A DNA stretch of 64,000 bases from Cyanophora paradoxa CCMP329 (GCA_004431415.1 QPMI01000165.1:192196-256195); one strand, 5' to 3'; positions 1 through 12,629 are shown, numbered from the stretch's first letter. Program-made: numbers and translations. The notes: generated from the letters alone by a model not told the origin.

Positions 1-57
1 GGTCAACTACGTCGACGGCGCCTGGCTCGGTCCGGCCCCCTCCTGGTCTCCCTCCTC

Positions 58-385
58 TTGCACTATGCGTTCTTTGTGTTCCTCCACCTCTTCCCCCTGT
101 GGGCCCTGTTCAGGCGCTGGCCCGGCCGGCGGCCCTACCTCCTCCACGCCGCGATCACCCTGGCCGTAGTGGTCCAGCATGTGGCCCTCGACAACCGCTG
201 CCTCTGGACCGAGCTCGAGACCCGGCTGAACGGGGGCCGGCCAGTCCCATTCGTCTACGAGCACCTCAAAAAGATCGGCCTCATCGGCAGGGACGTGACC
301 AAGGGCCAGTTCTTCCGGTTCGGCCGCGGCCTCCTCCTCTTCCTCGTGACCGTCGATGTCGTCGCCATCGGACTCGCTGCTCGTC
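58..385 (+). pseudogene. Membrane protein fragment, DUF2784-like
   Basis: Hydrophobic helices plus DNRCLWTELETRL, resembling the CxLTxLExxL motif; no ATG start and runs into unrelated sequence. Confidence 0.45.
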
Positions 386-827
386 GAGCGCCTCTTCCGG
401 CCCCTGCTCCAGGCGGCGCTCGAGGACCCCGCCGTGCGGATGCAGATCGCCGCCGCAGTGGCCGATATCGTGCGGACTAGCCCCGAGGTCCGGGCCGCCG
501 CCGCCGACGTCGTCCGCGCGGCGCTGGCGGGCCTGTCGTCGAGGTGAACCAGGCCGAGCGTGGGCCCGGCTCCCCTTCCCCTTGGCCTTGGTAGACCCGT
601 CAGATCGCCGACGCCCGGTCGCGCCTCGCGAACCGCACCACCACGCCCTCCAGGAGCACGCCGCCGGATGCGATGCAGCTCCTCCCGAGCGACATCAGGG
701 ACGACTGGATCGCGTACCGCAACTCCTACCCGCCCGTACTTGGCCGGCCCGCGCATGTGCTGTTCAACACGATATAGGCGCCCCGTACCCCCCCCCTCCC
801 AGACCGTCCGCGCGCGCCCGGGGCGAG

Positions 828-1585
828 ATGGAGACCGCCGCCGCCTCCTCCTCCCACGGCGCCGGCGTGGCGCTCTCCCCTTCGTCGTCATCCTCGTACG
901 TGTCTGCGGCCGCCTCGCCGGCGACGCCGGCGTCGTCGGACTCGGACTCGCCCGGCCCGCTCGAGCGCCGCCGCCGCCGCCGCAGGGCGCGCGAGTCGTC
1001 GCCGACGCTCCTCACACCGGCGCTCGCCAAGTGCGCGCGCACCCTGCGCTTCGGGGAGGCGGCGGCCGGTAGTGCTAGTACCGGCGCCGCCCTCCTCAAC
1101 CTCAACCTGCTGGACCTCCCCGACGAGCTCCTCGCGCACATCATGCGCTTCGTCTGCCACCACCCTGCGGGCACCCTGCGCGGCGCCCTGGGCCTGCGCC
1201 TCGTCTCGCCCCGGCTCTTTGGCGTCGCGTCGCGCGCCGGCTGCGTCCTCGGCCCGGGCCGCGCCCTCGCCGTGGACGTGTCCACGGTGGCCCAGGAGTA
1301 CCTGCGGCGGGGCATGTGGGCCGCGCCGGCCGGGGTGGTCTCGCCCCACGAGCGCCTCCGCGCCCTCGTCGCGGCGATCTGCGCCGGCCGCGGCCGCGGG
1401 GAGCCGGTCGAGCTCTGCATCCGCAGCCCGACCATCGCCCGGTCCCCGCTCGCGGCCCGCGAGCTGGTACGAGACGCGCAGGCGGCGCAGGTCATGGGCG
1501 TGTTCGCCGCCGCCGGCCGCCCCACCGTGGTCCAGCAGGCGCTCCAGCCGGTCGCGGACCGCCTGCAGCAGGTGCGGGTGGAGCC
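828..1585 (+). pseudogene. F-box protein, 3'-truncated
   Basis: ATG at 828 after the GTAC-C-run motif; F-box LLDLPDELLAHIMRFV; collides with an opposite-strand gene near 1580. Confidence 0.7.
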
Positions 1586-1891
1586 TGGCCAGGTCGGAAG
1601 CGCTGGCCTCGCCCGGGATGCATGATTTCTTGACGCTCATCACGCGCTCCATGGTCAGGCGCTGCGTATGCGTACGTAAGAGAGGGCGGCGCGGGCGGCC
1701 GATCGGTGCGCGCAGGGCCGCACCTTTGCGCGGGCCTCCCAATCGCGGTCGGTCAGGCCGATCACCGTGCGCGCGAGCGCGGCGACCTCTTCCGGGATCG
1801 GGGGGCTCCCCGGCTCCATGATCGCATGCTCGCTCTCCTCGAGCTCGTGATGCAGCTGCAGGTCGATGATCGTCATCACGTGGGCGGCCAT
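1575..1891 (-). pseudogene. Hypothetical protein N-terminal piece with intron 1662-1723
   Basis: MAAHVMTIIDLQ...EARAK|GTGCGG..CTTAC..CGCAG|RLTMERVMSVKK joins two ORF-track frames. Confidence 0.6.
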
Positions 1892-2300
1892 GGTCGGTCC
1901 GGGTCTGGTCGGGCGGGGGGTACACCCATGGCGCCCCGGATCGATCATGTCGTAAGGTTGCTTGCTTGCTTGCTTGCTGGCTTGCAATCATTGCACTGCC
2001 GCTGGCCGGCTGACGGCAGTGGCGCGCCTCAGGGACCGACTCTTCAAGTCGGTGGAGAAGGTTGGACGGTATGCATGCGTGTGCCTGTGCGCGCGCGGCG
2101 CGGCGCGGATCGCACGGCTGACCCGGGATGAGCCCGTACTCGGCGGCGGCCGCCGCCGGCAAAGCGCAAGCGGCCGGGCGGGAGTGCTCCGGACTATGGC
2201 CGCCAAGCGCAAGCGGCCGGGCGGGAGTGCTACTTCAGATTGAATATCAAAACCAATCGCGTCACCTGTATCTCCCACTATTTCCCAGCCCATATTAACC

Positions 2301-2603
2301 ATGACCGCAACCGTCTTCATCGTCTCAAAGCTCTACTCCTACTCCTTGCCCCTTGGTGTCTACAAAACCTTCGCAGAGGCCCGCACCAGGGTAAAAGAGC
2401 TTGCAAAGAGCAGCGAGGACACTTTCATCGTCCTGTGTGCCATGGTGGGTGGCAGTGGGATCCGGGAGGTGGCAAGGAACGAGGTGCGGAAGGTTCGCGC
2501 GTGGTTGATGCACGGAGAGGACACAAAGGGCGAGACAGGCAGCGAGGATCCTGAGAACACTGAAGGCCCCGAGATCCGTGAGGAGACCCACGACGACGAG
2601 TAG
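2301..2603 (+). CDS. Hypothetical protein, 100 aa
   Basis: Complete ATG-to-stop ORF, globular-looking composition, AT-rich leader. Confidence 0.55.
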   Translation: MTATVFIVSKLYSYSLPLGVYKTFAEARTRVKELAKSSEDTFIVLCAMVGGSGIREVARNEVRKVRAWLMHGEDTKGETGSEDPENTEGPEIREETHDDE

Positions 2604-2644
2604 GCGGCCCGTGGGCGTCCTCTGTACATATATTGTAGCAGCCT

Positions 2645-2862
2645 CTACTCGCCTGCGCGCGGCCCCGGGGGGAGGCGCCGGAGGGAGAGGGCGTTTAAGA
2701 CGGCCGCGTATAGGAGCCAGGTACCGTAGGGGATGGTGCAGAAGCGCAGGCGGTGGCCGGTGAGGCGGTCGATCTCGTAGAGGGTCCAGAGCATCGCCAG
2801 GATGAGCACGAGGGCGGGGCCGGGGCGCCGCGCGGCGAAGAAGGTCGGGGTCCAGGCGTAGT
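2645..2862 (-). pseudogene. tspO: TspO/MBR family protein, C-terminal piece
   Basis: YAWTPTFF...IPYGTWLLYAAVLN matches TspO TM3-TM5 (WxxxFF, PYxxWxxxAxxLN). Confidence 0.8.
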
Positions 2863-4799
2863 GGGTAGGTCGTACGTGGGGATGATCTGGAACGGGCGCC
2901 CGGCCTTGAGCTCCTCCATGGCGCGCACGGCGAGGGGCACCTCCCATGGGTTCGGCCTCGGCGGCGGCGGCCGCAGGCCCCGCGCGGCCGCCGCGGGGTT
3001 CACCGCCCAGGCAAAGTGGCGGGGCGACCCTGGGGGAGAGCTCAGCTCCCCTAGCAGGACCATGTGCAGTAGTTGTTCTTCTGTCTGTTGAACGAACGCG
3101 CTTGAAAATATTTCCAGGGTGCCCCCTGCACAATCGGGCGACGGGCTAGGGCGCCTGAGGTCCCCCCCCAGTAGGCGCGGCGCTCCTGCACAACCGCCTC
3201 GTCCATGCGGGACAGGGACGCCGATATCTCGTCACGCAGACGCTCCAGGGCCACGTACGTCGCCTTGCGCATCCTGTGCCTGGCAAACGCGTACGGTATG
3301 GCCGGCAGCAGCCAGCCCCGCCTCTCGTGCCCCACTACGCCGCCGCCCTTGCGGTACTCGTTGATGAGCTCCGCCGCCGCCCCTGCCGCCGCTGGAGGGG
3401 CCGCCGCTGCAGGGGCTGGCCCCGCCGCCGCCCCTGCCGCCGCTGTCGACCAGCAGCCCCCCGGCCCTGTACCCGAGGACGACTACAGCGCCTCGACGGC
3501 CCTCTTGATCCCCGACGGCAGCGCCCAGGCCCCGCGCCTCGCTGATCGCCCCGACCTCTCCAACCTCGGGGCCCGCGATGAGCTGGCCGGCGCCGCCCCG
3601 GCGCCCGACGTGATGCACGACGCCGCCGACGCGCTGCGCGCCGCGTTCCGGCCGCTGCCGGCGCCCCGTGAGGTGCGTGACGAGCCCGTCGGGTCGGTCC
3701 GCGAGCTCTCGCACCTGGCCCCGTCGTACGACCCTGACCTCGGAGGACGCCGCCCGTGGCGACGAGGTCTTCTCTGTCACCGTCCGCTACCGCCCGGGGC
3801 CAGGCCAGGACGCCGCCTCACTTGCCCCGGCCGGCGACCTCGGCGCGCCGGAGGGCGTGCTCGGCGGGGCGGAGGGCCTCGATCCGCCGCAGCCGGTCCC
3901 GGATCCCCTCGGGCCCCAGGGCCCGCAGCAGCTCGGGGACCTCGCGCAGGCTCGCGGTGAGCTCCGCCACCTCGAGGGCGAGCCTGTCAAACTCCGCCCT
4001 CACCTCGAACTCCTCGAGCAGGGCGAACTTCGACGGCAGCACGGGCTCGAGCAGGGCGAGGAGCTCGGGGTCCCGCCCCGTCAGTGCCCGCACCCTACCC
4101 ATGAACTCAAGGGCCCCGATGCGGCGCGCCTCCATCTCCTCCATGCTCCTGCACAGGTCCGCAACGTCGCCCTCGGGGAGCGTGGCCCGCGCCCTTGCCG
4201 CGAACCGATCCATGCTCACTAGCTGCAGGCGGCCCAGCAGGTCCCCCACCGTGTCCGAGTCCGCCCGCTGATTCGCACCGGGGCTCGTGCCCCCTTTTCT
4301 ACTACCGCTGATACCTACACCACGGGCGCCAGTGGTGGCCCCCGCTGTCGTCGTCAGCGGGGCCGCCGCCGCTGGCGGCGCCCTGAGAGCCCCCCCTCCC
4401 CGTTCGGGGGCCGCGGTCGAGGAACGCCCACCATCCCCCTGCGCATGCCTTGTTGAGGCAGTACTGTTAACCGCGCTCATTGTGACCCACGCCCCCCCCC
4501 CTGCTCCCTGAATGCGAAATCCATTCTCCCATACAAAACGCGAGGACTACACCAGGTACACCGTCGCACGGAGGGGCCCTGCCTGCACGCCCAGAGCCCG
4601 GCGCCCGTCCAAGGACAACGAGGAGAGGGACAGGAGCCCCGAGGCGCGGCCGCGCGCTGGGATCCGAGAGTACTCCTCCAGCACGCCGTAGCCGCTGTCG
4701 GCGCCCCGCTGCAGGGTCCCCGTCCTGCTCCAGGCGCCAAGGGCCCCCTCCCCGCTCGACGTGTCCCAGCAGAGGACCGCCCGGGGCGGCCGAAGCTGA

Positions 4800-5430
4800 T
4801 GGCGTGCACCTCGCGCCGACCGACATCGGCCTCGCCGCCGAGGAGACGGGGCGCGTTTTCCTCGACTGCGCCGTCAAGAGTGCCTCGGGCGAGCTCGTCG
4901 TCCTGGAGCGCGGCTGGGCGCGCGGCCGCGACCGGTACCGCCTCTTCTGCACGCGGGTGCGGCTCTCCTGGGACGGGGGCGTCGGCGACGCCGATCTGCA
5001 CTCGCGGGCACGCCCGACCCTCTCCGGCGAGGCCGTCGCGGTCGTGCCCCTCGCGGCCCCCGAGGGCCACGACCTGGTCGTCGTGGGGAGCCGCAACCGC
5101 GTCATGGCCGAGTGCCGCGCCGGGACGGCGGCGTTCGCGAGCCTGCGGCCGGCCCCCGGCAGCCGCGGGGCCGTCGGGCGCCTCGCCAACTCGTGGAGCG
5201 AGGGGACGTGCGCCGCGCTCGCCGACGGGACCCTCGTGCAGGCCATCGACGCGGGGGGCGCGACGATCCTGCGGGAGCTGGCTCGTGGGGACGGGAGCCT
5301 CCTCCTCTCCGAGACGGGCTTCGTCGTCAACCAGCCGCTCTCGGACGACGAGCTGGCGGTCGTACTCGGGGCGGACGGCAGGGTCGCGACGCTCGTCGCG
5401 CCGAACCAGGAGACCGCGGTGGTCGTGGGA
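4800..5430 (+). pseudogene. Beta-rich hypothetical protein fragment
   Basis: Coding-like frame with GC3 bias and no clear start or stop. Confidence 0.4.
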
Positions 5431-5765
5431 CGGGCGGCGGGACGTAAGGTGGCGGTGCGGGCGGCGGGACGGGCGACGGCGCCTGAGGCGGGACGGGCAC
5501 GTAAGGTGGCGGTGCGGGGGGGAGAGCCGCCTGCATTATACTGCCTGCGGCACATGGAAAATTCTAGCGCCCCTGGTACGGCGGCCCCGTCAACATGGCC
5601 GGCTCCTCTGTTCTCCTAGCCGCCGCGTACGCCGTGCTGGCGATCGCGGCGATCCTGGTCTGCGCCGGCCTGTACCTCGCGCTGGCGCTGAGCCCCCCGA
5701 GCTCCAGGCGGCGATGTAGTGTCTGTATTTGTAAGAACGAACAAAGACCGTTTTTCTTTCCTGCT

Positions 5766-6170
5766 CTACGCGCCAACGCGAATCACGACGAGGCCGTTGC
5801 CGCCAAATTTGTGGTGCGGGCCCCCCACGGCCACCCCGTCGATGTAGTCCTCGTCCCCCGTCTTGGGCAGAAGGTGGTTGTGGTCGCGGCAGTAGTAGAG
5901 TCGGAACTGGGACTTGGATATCCACTCGCGGGCCGTGGTCTTGTTTATGTCGCTGTATGCAACCTTTGGATGGTATCCTTGATACTGGGACACGATCTCC
6001 GCAATGCCTTCAGCATCCGGCGTGCCCGTTGACCTGACATGAAAGGCAGGCACTCTCCAGGGGATCAAGAGACGCCGATCCGGCTGAGGCTCGCCGGCGC
6101 GGGCTGCAGGGGCGGTCTTCTTCTTGCCGCTGGGCGGTCCTCCATGTCGCGCTCTCTTCTTGGCCGCCAT
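5766..6170 (-). CDS. Hypothetical protein, basic N-terminus
   Basis: MAAKKRARHGG...VIRVGA* coding-like segment. Confidence 0.45.
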   Translation of the reverse strand: MAAKKRARHGGPPSGKKKTAPAARAGEPQPDRRLLIPWRVPAFHVRSTGTPDAEGIAEIVSQYQGYHPKVAYSDINKTTAREWISKSQFRLYYCRDHNHLLPKTGDEDYIDGVAVGGPHHKFGGNGLVVIRVGA

Positions 6171-6254
6171 CCGCGGCTGTTGCGCGTCGTACCAGCTGCC
6201 GGCACCGTCGTCGTCGTCGTCGTCGCCGTCGTCGGGCACAGTGGAGGAGGAGGA

Positions 6255-6645
6255 GAAGATCGTGAACCGCGGCTGCGGGGTCCGGAGAAGGGGCGGCGCC
6301 GGTGCCGGCACCGGGGTCGCCTGGTCAGCCTGGCAGCCGGTCAGTGTTGTTGCATGCGCGCGCAGTGCGGGTCCGCCGCCGGCGAACCTGTTGATTGCCG
6401 CCTCCCGGAAAGTTCTCATCCGCGGCGCCCCTTTCGACTTCACAGACGTCATTCCAAATCCCCGCTGACTCTGCAAGTTCGCCGTCTAACGGCTGCAGAT
6501 TCAACTCGTAGCCAGCGGTTCTCCAGGCGGCCAGCGGTTCTCCAGGCAGTCGGGATGGCAGCGAGGAGAATGCTTCTTGCAGCGGATCGTATGGTGGGTC
6601 TTGCAGCGGATCGAACGGTTCGAACCGCGCCAAATCGTCGCTCAT
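6255..6645 (-). pseudogene. Hypothetical protein N-terminal piece with intron 6330-6387
   Basis: MSDDLARFEPF...GNQQ|GTTCGC..ACTGAC..CCAG|ADQATP. Confidence 0.55.
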
Positions 6646-6822
6646 TCGATCGCGCGAGCTCGCGCCCGTCGCCCGCCGCGGCCGGGCGACGCCGACGTGC
6701 GCGCGCGCGGCGCCCGATCCGCGCGGTCCGTCCGGTGGTCGGTCCACGACGAAGAAGAAGGGGGGGGGTACGTGTTTTTCGCCCCACGTGACTTTTTTCG
6801 TCCCACGGGGTACGTCATCGTG

Positions 6823-7614
6823 ATGGCGGCGGCACCAGCTGCAGCTCCGGATCCGGATCTAAACCCCGCGACTGGAGTCCAGCGGCGATGGTTTGCAATC
6901 TTCTGGGCGCTCGAGGGCGCCGGCGACGTGCCGACGGCCTTCACCCTCCACAGGACGCAGCGCCAGCCAAACCCCCCCGCGGCGCCGGCGCCGGCGCCTT
7001 ACCGGATCCCCTTCAGCGCCGCCCAGCGGGACGAGCTGCAGCGCATCCGGGACGGGCCCGAGGGCATCCACCACATCAAGCTAGACCCCCGCGGCATCGT
7101 GGTCAACGACATCATCTCCCGACGGAAGGACTCGGACGGGAGGGAGGTGTGGCACAACCGCACGTGCGGGCCCGGGAACGAAAGGTGCACTTTTCGCATC
7201 GGAATCATCCCCTTCGACGAGGCCCAGCGGGGCCAGATCAGGCAGGCGGTTCGCGAGTTCTTCAATGAATCGAATCCGCCGCCGAAGGCGAGCGAGATCT
7301 ACATGCTACCCTGGCACGGTACGCTTTTTCCGGTACGGGAGGGGTGCACGAGGGTTCGGTACGCGCAATCGGGGACGGAGGCGTGCGCCCCGAAGCCCTG
7401 GGTCAAGTTCGCTGGCCAGGGCTCGCACGCGCCGACCTGCTGGAGGGACGAAACGCGGCAGAGGGGCCTGCTCCAGATCCAGGCCAAGGGCAACCCCTCG
7501 GGCACGGAGGCGTGCACGCGCTTCCCGCCGGCGTACTACGGAGACCGGTGGCCGGCGGCGCCGCCCCGCCGCGGCGGTTTCTACGACAACGCCTGGCTGG
7601 CCGGCGGCGGCTAG
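6823..7614 (+). CDS. Hypothetical protein (~263 aa), apparently intact
   Basis: ATG after a GGGGTAC motif; Cys/Trp-containing globular sequence through to a stop. Confidence 0.6.
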   Translation: MAAAPAAAPDPDLNPATGVQRRWFAIFWALEGAGDVPTAFTLHRTQRQPNPPAAPAPAPYRIPFSAAQRDELQRIRDGPEGIHHIKLDPRGIVVNDIISRRKDSDGREVWHNRTCGPGNERCTFRIGIIPFDEAQRGQIRQAVREFFNESNPPPKASEIYMLPWHGTLFPVREGCTRVRYAQSGTEACAPKPWVKFAGQGSHAPTCWRDETRQRGLLQIQAKGNPSGTEACTRFPPAYYGDRWPAAPPRRGGFYDNAWLAGGG

Positions 7615-7780
7615 CTAGCTGGCCGCAGGCTCCGCCGCCGCCCCCGCGACCGCCCGGCAGAAGAAGCGGAACTCGTCATCCGACATGTCGGCCTTCATGA
7701 GGTTGCACTGGGCGCAGACGAGCCGCACGTTGCCGGGCACGTAGCCCAGCGCTGGGTCGATCCTGTCCACGGACATGTTG
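7615..7780 (-). pseudogene. HNH endonuclease C-terminal piece
   Basis: SVDRIDPALGYVPGNVRLVCAQCNLMK matches the DRID..GY...N....C..CN..K viral HNH motif. Confidence 0.8.
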
Positions 7781-7784
7781 TAGG

Positions 7785-8484
7785 CTGCGGCGGTGCCGTA
7801 GTCCTGCTCGTAGCCCCAGTTGGAGGAGGAGGCGCCGGCGCCGCCGTAGTTGTCCTGGCTGTAGTTGTAGTCCTGCAGCTGGGCACCGGTAGCCCGCATC
7901 GACGACGTGCGGAAACCGGCCGTATCGGCCCTGCTCCACGCTCGTGGCTGCCCGTCCAACTGCACGACGACCAGGTCCACCGCGGTCGCGGCCACGTAGG
8001 CCGGGCCGAGGAGGCCCGCGAGCGTGGCGTGGAAGATGCGCATGGCGGGCTTGGTAACACCCGCCTTGCCCATCCGCCAGTACGACAGGAACCAGGCGAA
8101 GATACCAAAGGCGATCCAGGCGAACATCAAATTGACCTTGTTCTGGGCACCCCATGTCGCCATGTTGCCGAGCGGCGCGGCCATGGTGCCGATGACGCCG
8201 TCCTGCTTGAAGGCCGCGGCCGGCCGGGCGGCAACGACGGGGGGGCGGAGTGGCACGGCCACTCCGAACTGCTGCTGGGCCCGGCCGAGGCGCGGGGCCG
8301 CGCCGGCGATGGCCGCCGCAGAGGAGTGGCCATGGCCGCCGGCGGCGGCGGCGGCCCGCTGGGCGACCATGGCCTGCGCCTGCACCTGCGCCTGGTGCTG
8401 CTGCTGGCCGGGGCGGCCCGCGTTGAAGACCTCGCTGATGGGCGCGGCGCTGTCGACGGTGGAACCGGCAGTGGGGGATGCCAT
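7785..8484 (-). pseudogene. Two-TM membrane protein (composite ORF)
   Basis: TATATA upstream; hydrophobic LMFAWIAFGIFAWFLSYW and HATLAGLLGPAYV segments. Confidence 0.45.
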
Positions 8485-8553
8485 GGGGGTGCTGCGGGGC
8501 TGCTATATATATCGAACTAGGATCAAAGAAAAAAACTTTGCCCAGGTCGAACG

Positions 8554-8945
8554 ATGTCGGCCGCAAGGTACACCGCCGGTCAGGAGGACGACGTGGCGCC
8601 TGCCGAGGGGGCGCTCGGCATGGCAGGCCCCTGCCGACAGGGCTCCGAGAGCAGCGGCACCAGCGACACCCCCACAGCGGCAAATTCGTTGCCGCTGTCG
8701 TCCGACGGCACCTCGGCGTCCCAGGCGTCATTGGAGCGCACCCAATGGACGAGTGAACAGGAATCGCTCCTGGTCGGATGGGGGAGGGCGCTGGCCCGGC
8801 TGCGGGAGTACCACCTCTCAGCCAAGCGCTTCTACTGGGCCTGGGAGTACGCGATGACGGTGCCTAGCCTCCTCCTCTCCACGACAGTGACGGTGCTAAT
8901 AGCCATTCAAACCTTTTCTGGCAAAACAGACGACTTGCTGCGTGC
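8554..8945 (+). pseudogene. SLATT-like 2TM domain protein (NCLDV type), N-terminal piece
   Basis: WTSEQESLLVGW...H...Y...TVPSLLLSTTV pattern. Confidence 0.6.
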
Positions 8946-9161
8946 GATGCCCTGCTCCTGCCGCGGGACGTTCGATCCTGGGACGGGCGCCTGGGCCTTC
9001 CCCGGGGTCTCCACGCCTGTTCCAGGCGTGGTAGCGGTCGCCTCCTCGCACCGACGCCGCGGGCCGCACCTGCACACGCCCGCCACGGCCGCCGCCGTCT
9101 TCGTTGTGGCCGGAACCGCCGCCGTCGCCGCCGCCGCCCTCTGGCGGCCAGCAGCAACACC

Positions 9162-9455
9162 ATGGTCGCGCCGGCGGCCTCCTGGCGCCGGACGGCGGTG
9201 ATGCGCTGGATCCACGACAGCGGCTTCTCCGTGAAGGACCAGAAGTCGGCGACGCACCTGCTCATGACCGGCGGCAAGATCCGCATCCCGCCCGAGCGCG
9301 AGGACGAGTTCCTCGCGCGCTACGCGGCCGACGTGGCGCTCGGGCACGGCCAGCTCTTCTTCGTGGAGAAGCGCACGCCCGTCTTCCGCCTCTTCGCCGA
9401 CCTGGACTTCCTGGACGACCGGCCCTACGACCTGGCCACCGACGTGCGCCCGTTG
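9162..9455 (+). pseudogene. AEP primase, PBCV-1 A468R-like, N-terminal piece
   Basis: THLLMTGGKIRIP...FFVEKRTPVFRLFADLDF (motif I DxD); truncated immediately after. Confidence 0.8.
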
Positions 9456-9879
9456 AGGCGCCGCTGGCGGCGGGCGCCCTCCGTAGAGACCGACAGGAGC
9501 GCAAGGAGCGCCACCACAAGGTACGTCTGGCCGTAGGTGATCTGGCGAGTAGTAAGTAAGCGTGCGCGGGCCGTCCGCTCTCCACTCTTACCTCGAAGGA
9601 CGAGCCCGCCGCGACCAGAATGGCCTGCACGATGACCCGCCCCACGAGCGGCTTGACCGCCAGCACCAGGGCGAGCTCCAGCGCACAGAAGAGGAAGTCC
9701 TCGCAATCCATCCGGCTCGCACACACAAGACCACCCCTGTACCCCCCCCCCTACCGCGTCGGACAGGTGGTGCGATTTATAGCGGCCATACGGCAACCGC
9801 AACAACACAGCATGGAGCCGGCCGATCTCGTATCCATCCGAACGTGCATCGAGCGTTGCGCCCCAGCTGAGGGAATGCC

Positions 9880-11085
9880 AGCAGGACAGGACGCGGCTGC
9901 AGGAGCGAATCGCGGTCGTCGATCGGGAGCGGGATGTGCTCGCGGGCAGGGTTGCAGTACTGGAGGCTGATCTTGCGGTGCGCCAGGTGGAGGTTGGAAG
10001 ACTTGGGGGGGAGCTGGCAGCGTGCCAGGGGGAGGCTGCAAGGCTTCGGGCTGCCCTTGAGCAATGCCGGGAGAATCTGCGTGTTCAGAACGACCGGGCC
10101 AACGAAGCTGAGCGCCGGAGGGCCGTGGCCGAACAGCAAGTGCAGGCCTTGCAGCAGCAAGTCCGAATGGCCGTCGCAGACAGGCTAGAGTTCGAGCGTC
10201 GGGCAGAGGAGGCCGTGCAGGCGCTGGGGGAGGCGCGCCTTGCAGTGGAAGCCGCACGGGCAGAGGCCAATGCCGAGCGGCAGCGCCGGGTGCCCGTCGA
10301 GCAGGAGCGCGACGACGCGCGCCGCCAGCTGGAGGAAGAGCGAGGGCGCCGGGCGCCCGTCGAGCGGGAGCGCGACGACGCGCGCCGGGAACGCGACGAG
10401 GCACGCCGCCGGCTGGAGGCTGGTGAGCTGGAACGGGATCGCGCCCGGGCACAGGTGGACGCTGCAGACAACGTGGCCATGTTCGATCTGTTGGAAGGGA
10501 GGCTGCGGGACCTTCTTGAAGATCAGGACCTCGCTCCCCAGGGAAATCGAGATCTCATCCGCCAGCTTCTTGGCGTTGTCGTCGACCAGGCCGCAGATTA
10601 TAGGACTCAGGCGGCGATGAATTCTTGGAGGGTACTTGCCGAGTTTTGGCTGGGCAGATTGAACGCGGTCATTCGTTTGGTCCCTGCCGACGACCCTCTT
10701 CGGGCCGAGGTGCCTGAACAAGACGGCCGCCGCGGCCGGGTCCGTTTCCTCATGGCAGTGGTCCGTGCTTACCTGCGTGATCGCCGCCAGCTGGACGCTG
10801 CAAACTATGCAGCCATGCACGTCCATCTACAAGGGAGGCTGGATGCACTTTTAGCACTGCCCTTTGAGCCTGCAGTGATAGAGGAGCTCCGGCAGATTCG
10901 CCAAACCGTCGAGGCTGACAATCTTCCTGCAACAATCACTGCCTGGATTCGGGTCGTCGGGATTTTGCAGAGGCAGGTAAACCTGGACGCAAATCAGTTT
11001 CTTCAGGCACTCCGCCGCCGCATAGAACCCGCCCTCAATGGCTTACGTAATGCACTTCCCGCAGACGACCCTCTCCGGGCCCTGC
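9880..11085 (+). pseudogene. Long coiled-coil protein fragment
   Basis: E/R/A heptads with internal repeats PVE[QR]ERDDARR x2 and PADDPLRA x2. Confidence 0.6.
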
Positions 11086-11586
11086 TCATGTTGCCCGTGA
11101 CGAGCGAGGTCACCGGGAAGGCCCAGCAGATGCCGTCCTCGCGGTTCGCGGCGTGGCGCGAGCGCTGGGAGAACGACATCCCCTACGTGCACGAGAAGAT
11201 CCTCTCGGACGGGGCGCAGCGCTGGGAGGTGCGCATCGACGACCGGCCCGCCGTGCCGTACCCCCCGTGCGTTGCGCCGCCCGCGGTCTGCGTGCCCCCA
11301 AAAGCGCCGAGGTTCGATCTCGCCCCCTGCAGGCCGCCGCCGGCCCCTCCATTTGAACCGATGTAACCCCCGCCGCCGCCGCCGCCGGCTGTGATTAGAT
11401 CGGCCACGGGCGCTACACCGACCTTGAAGAGGCCCCCGACGCGGATGCCTTCTGCCGAGCCGGGCGCGTCTTTCGCCGGTCCCGTCCGGGGCTCCTTGTT
11501 CTCCCCACCTGTGGACGCTGCCCGCGCTGCTCGCCCCGTACAAGGCCCGCAATCAAGGCGCCAGGCTGGAGTTCTGGCAGATCGAG

Positions 11587-12135
11587 GTGTCGGAAGCAAC
11601 CTGGCGGGACCCGTCAATTGCATCATTTGACGTGTGGTACGGCACCGGCATACCTGGCATCCAAGTGACAGTGCAGAAGGCCGCCGGCCAGGCGGCCGAG
11701 GAGGTCCCCGTGGGGTTGATTCGCACCACCGAAATGTCCCGGCCGATTCCCGGCGGAAATGCCAGACTACACCCGATGTACTTCGATGCTGGTTCCGGCA
11801 ATTCGAACACGGCGGTCATCGAGGGCTACGTCCGGGTGCACGTTCGCCCCCCTCCAGGGGCGCTCACGGACGGATTTACGGTCCATTTCCGTGTCGTCGG
11901 GCCCAACGGGGAGCCGAGAAACAACGGCGATCGGTCGAACAAGACAGTGGATGTCCCCAGGCTGGAGAGGGAAGAATACCTACCCCGGGCGTACCAGGGC
12001 CGAAGGGAGCTCCCCAAGTGGGACAGCGATGAGCGCGTCCTCCAGGCCCTAATCCAGCAGACGGCCAAGGAAGATGCGGCGGCCGCACAGGCTCCGGCCC
12101 CGGCCCCGCCGGCCGCCGCGGCCCCGCCCCCGCCC
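11587..12135 (+). pseudogene. Hypothetical beta-rich protein fragment
   Basis: Coding-like frame, no ATG. Confidence 0.4.
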
Positions 12136-12289
12136 CGGCCCGGCCGACGGCCTCTGGCGCGCACAGCGGGACAGGCTCGAGGAGTCGATCCGACTCGAGT
12201 TCCGCGACAGGGAGAACGCCGCCGCCGGCCGGCCGGCGCCGCTGGCCCCCCGCCCACGAAGCGGGAGGCGGCGCGCCTGCGGCGGGCAG

Positions 12290-12563
12290 CGTCCGAGGCC
12301 GCCCGCCAGCGCCGGCAGGAGGACGCGCTCCGTATGCGGCAGGAGGGGCTCCCGCTCGCCCGCATCGCGGGCGCGATGGGCGTCGGGGTCTCGAGCGCCT
12401 GCAGGATGATCCGGCGCGCCGGGCGTCCACGCCGGCGCCCGGCGCCCGGTCCGGCGGCGATCAAGGCCCTGGCCCTTGGGGGCGACGCCGCCCTGCGGGA
12501 GAAGGTGCTGGACCTCCACCTGCACCACCCGACAATCTCGGGGCGGGAGGTGGCGGCGCTCCT
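12290..12563 (+). mobile_element. IS630/Tc1-mariner-like transposase N-terminal double-HTH fragment
   Basis: GLPLARIAGAMGVGVSSACRMIRR (HTH) followed by LREKVLDLHLHHPTISGREVAALL; no DDE domain present. Confidence 0.55.
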
Positions 12564-12629
12564 GAACGGCGGCGGGGGGGCGGCGGCGGCCGACTTGGCC
12601 GTCGAGGTGGAGGAGGGCCAGCGGGGGGA

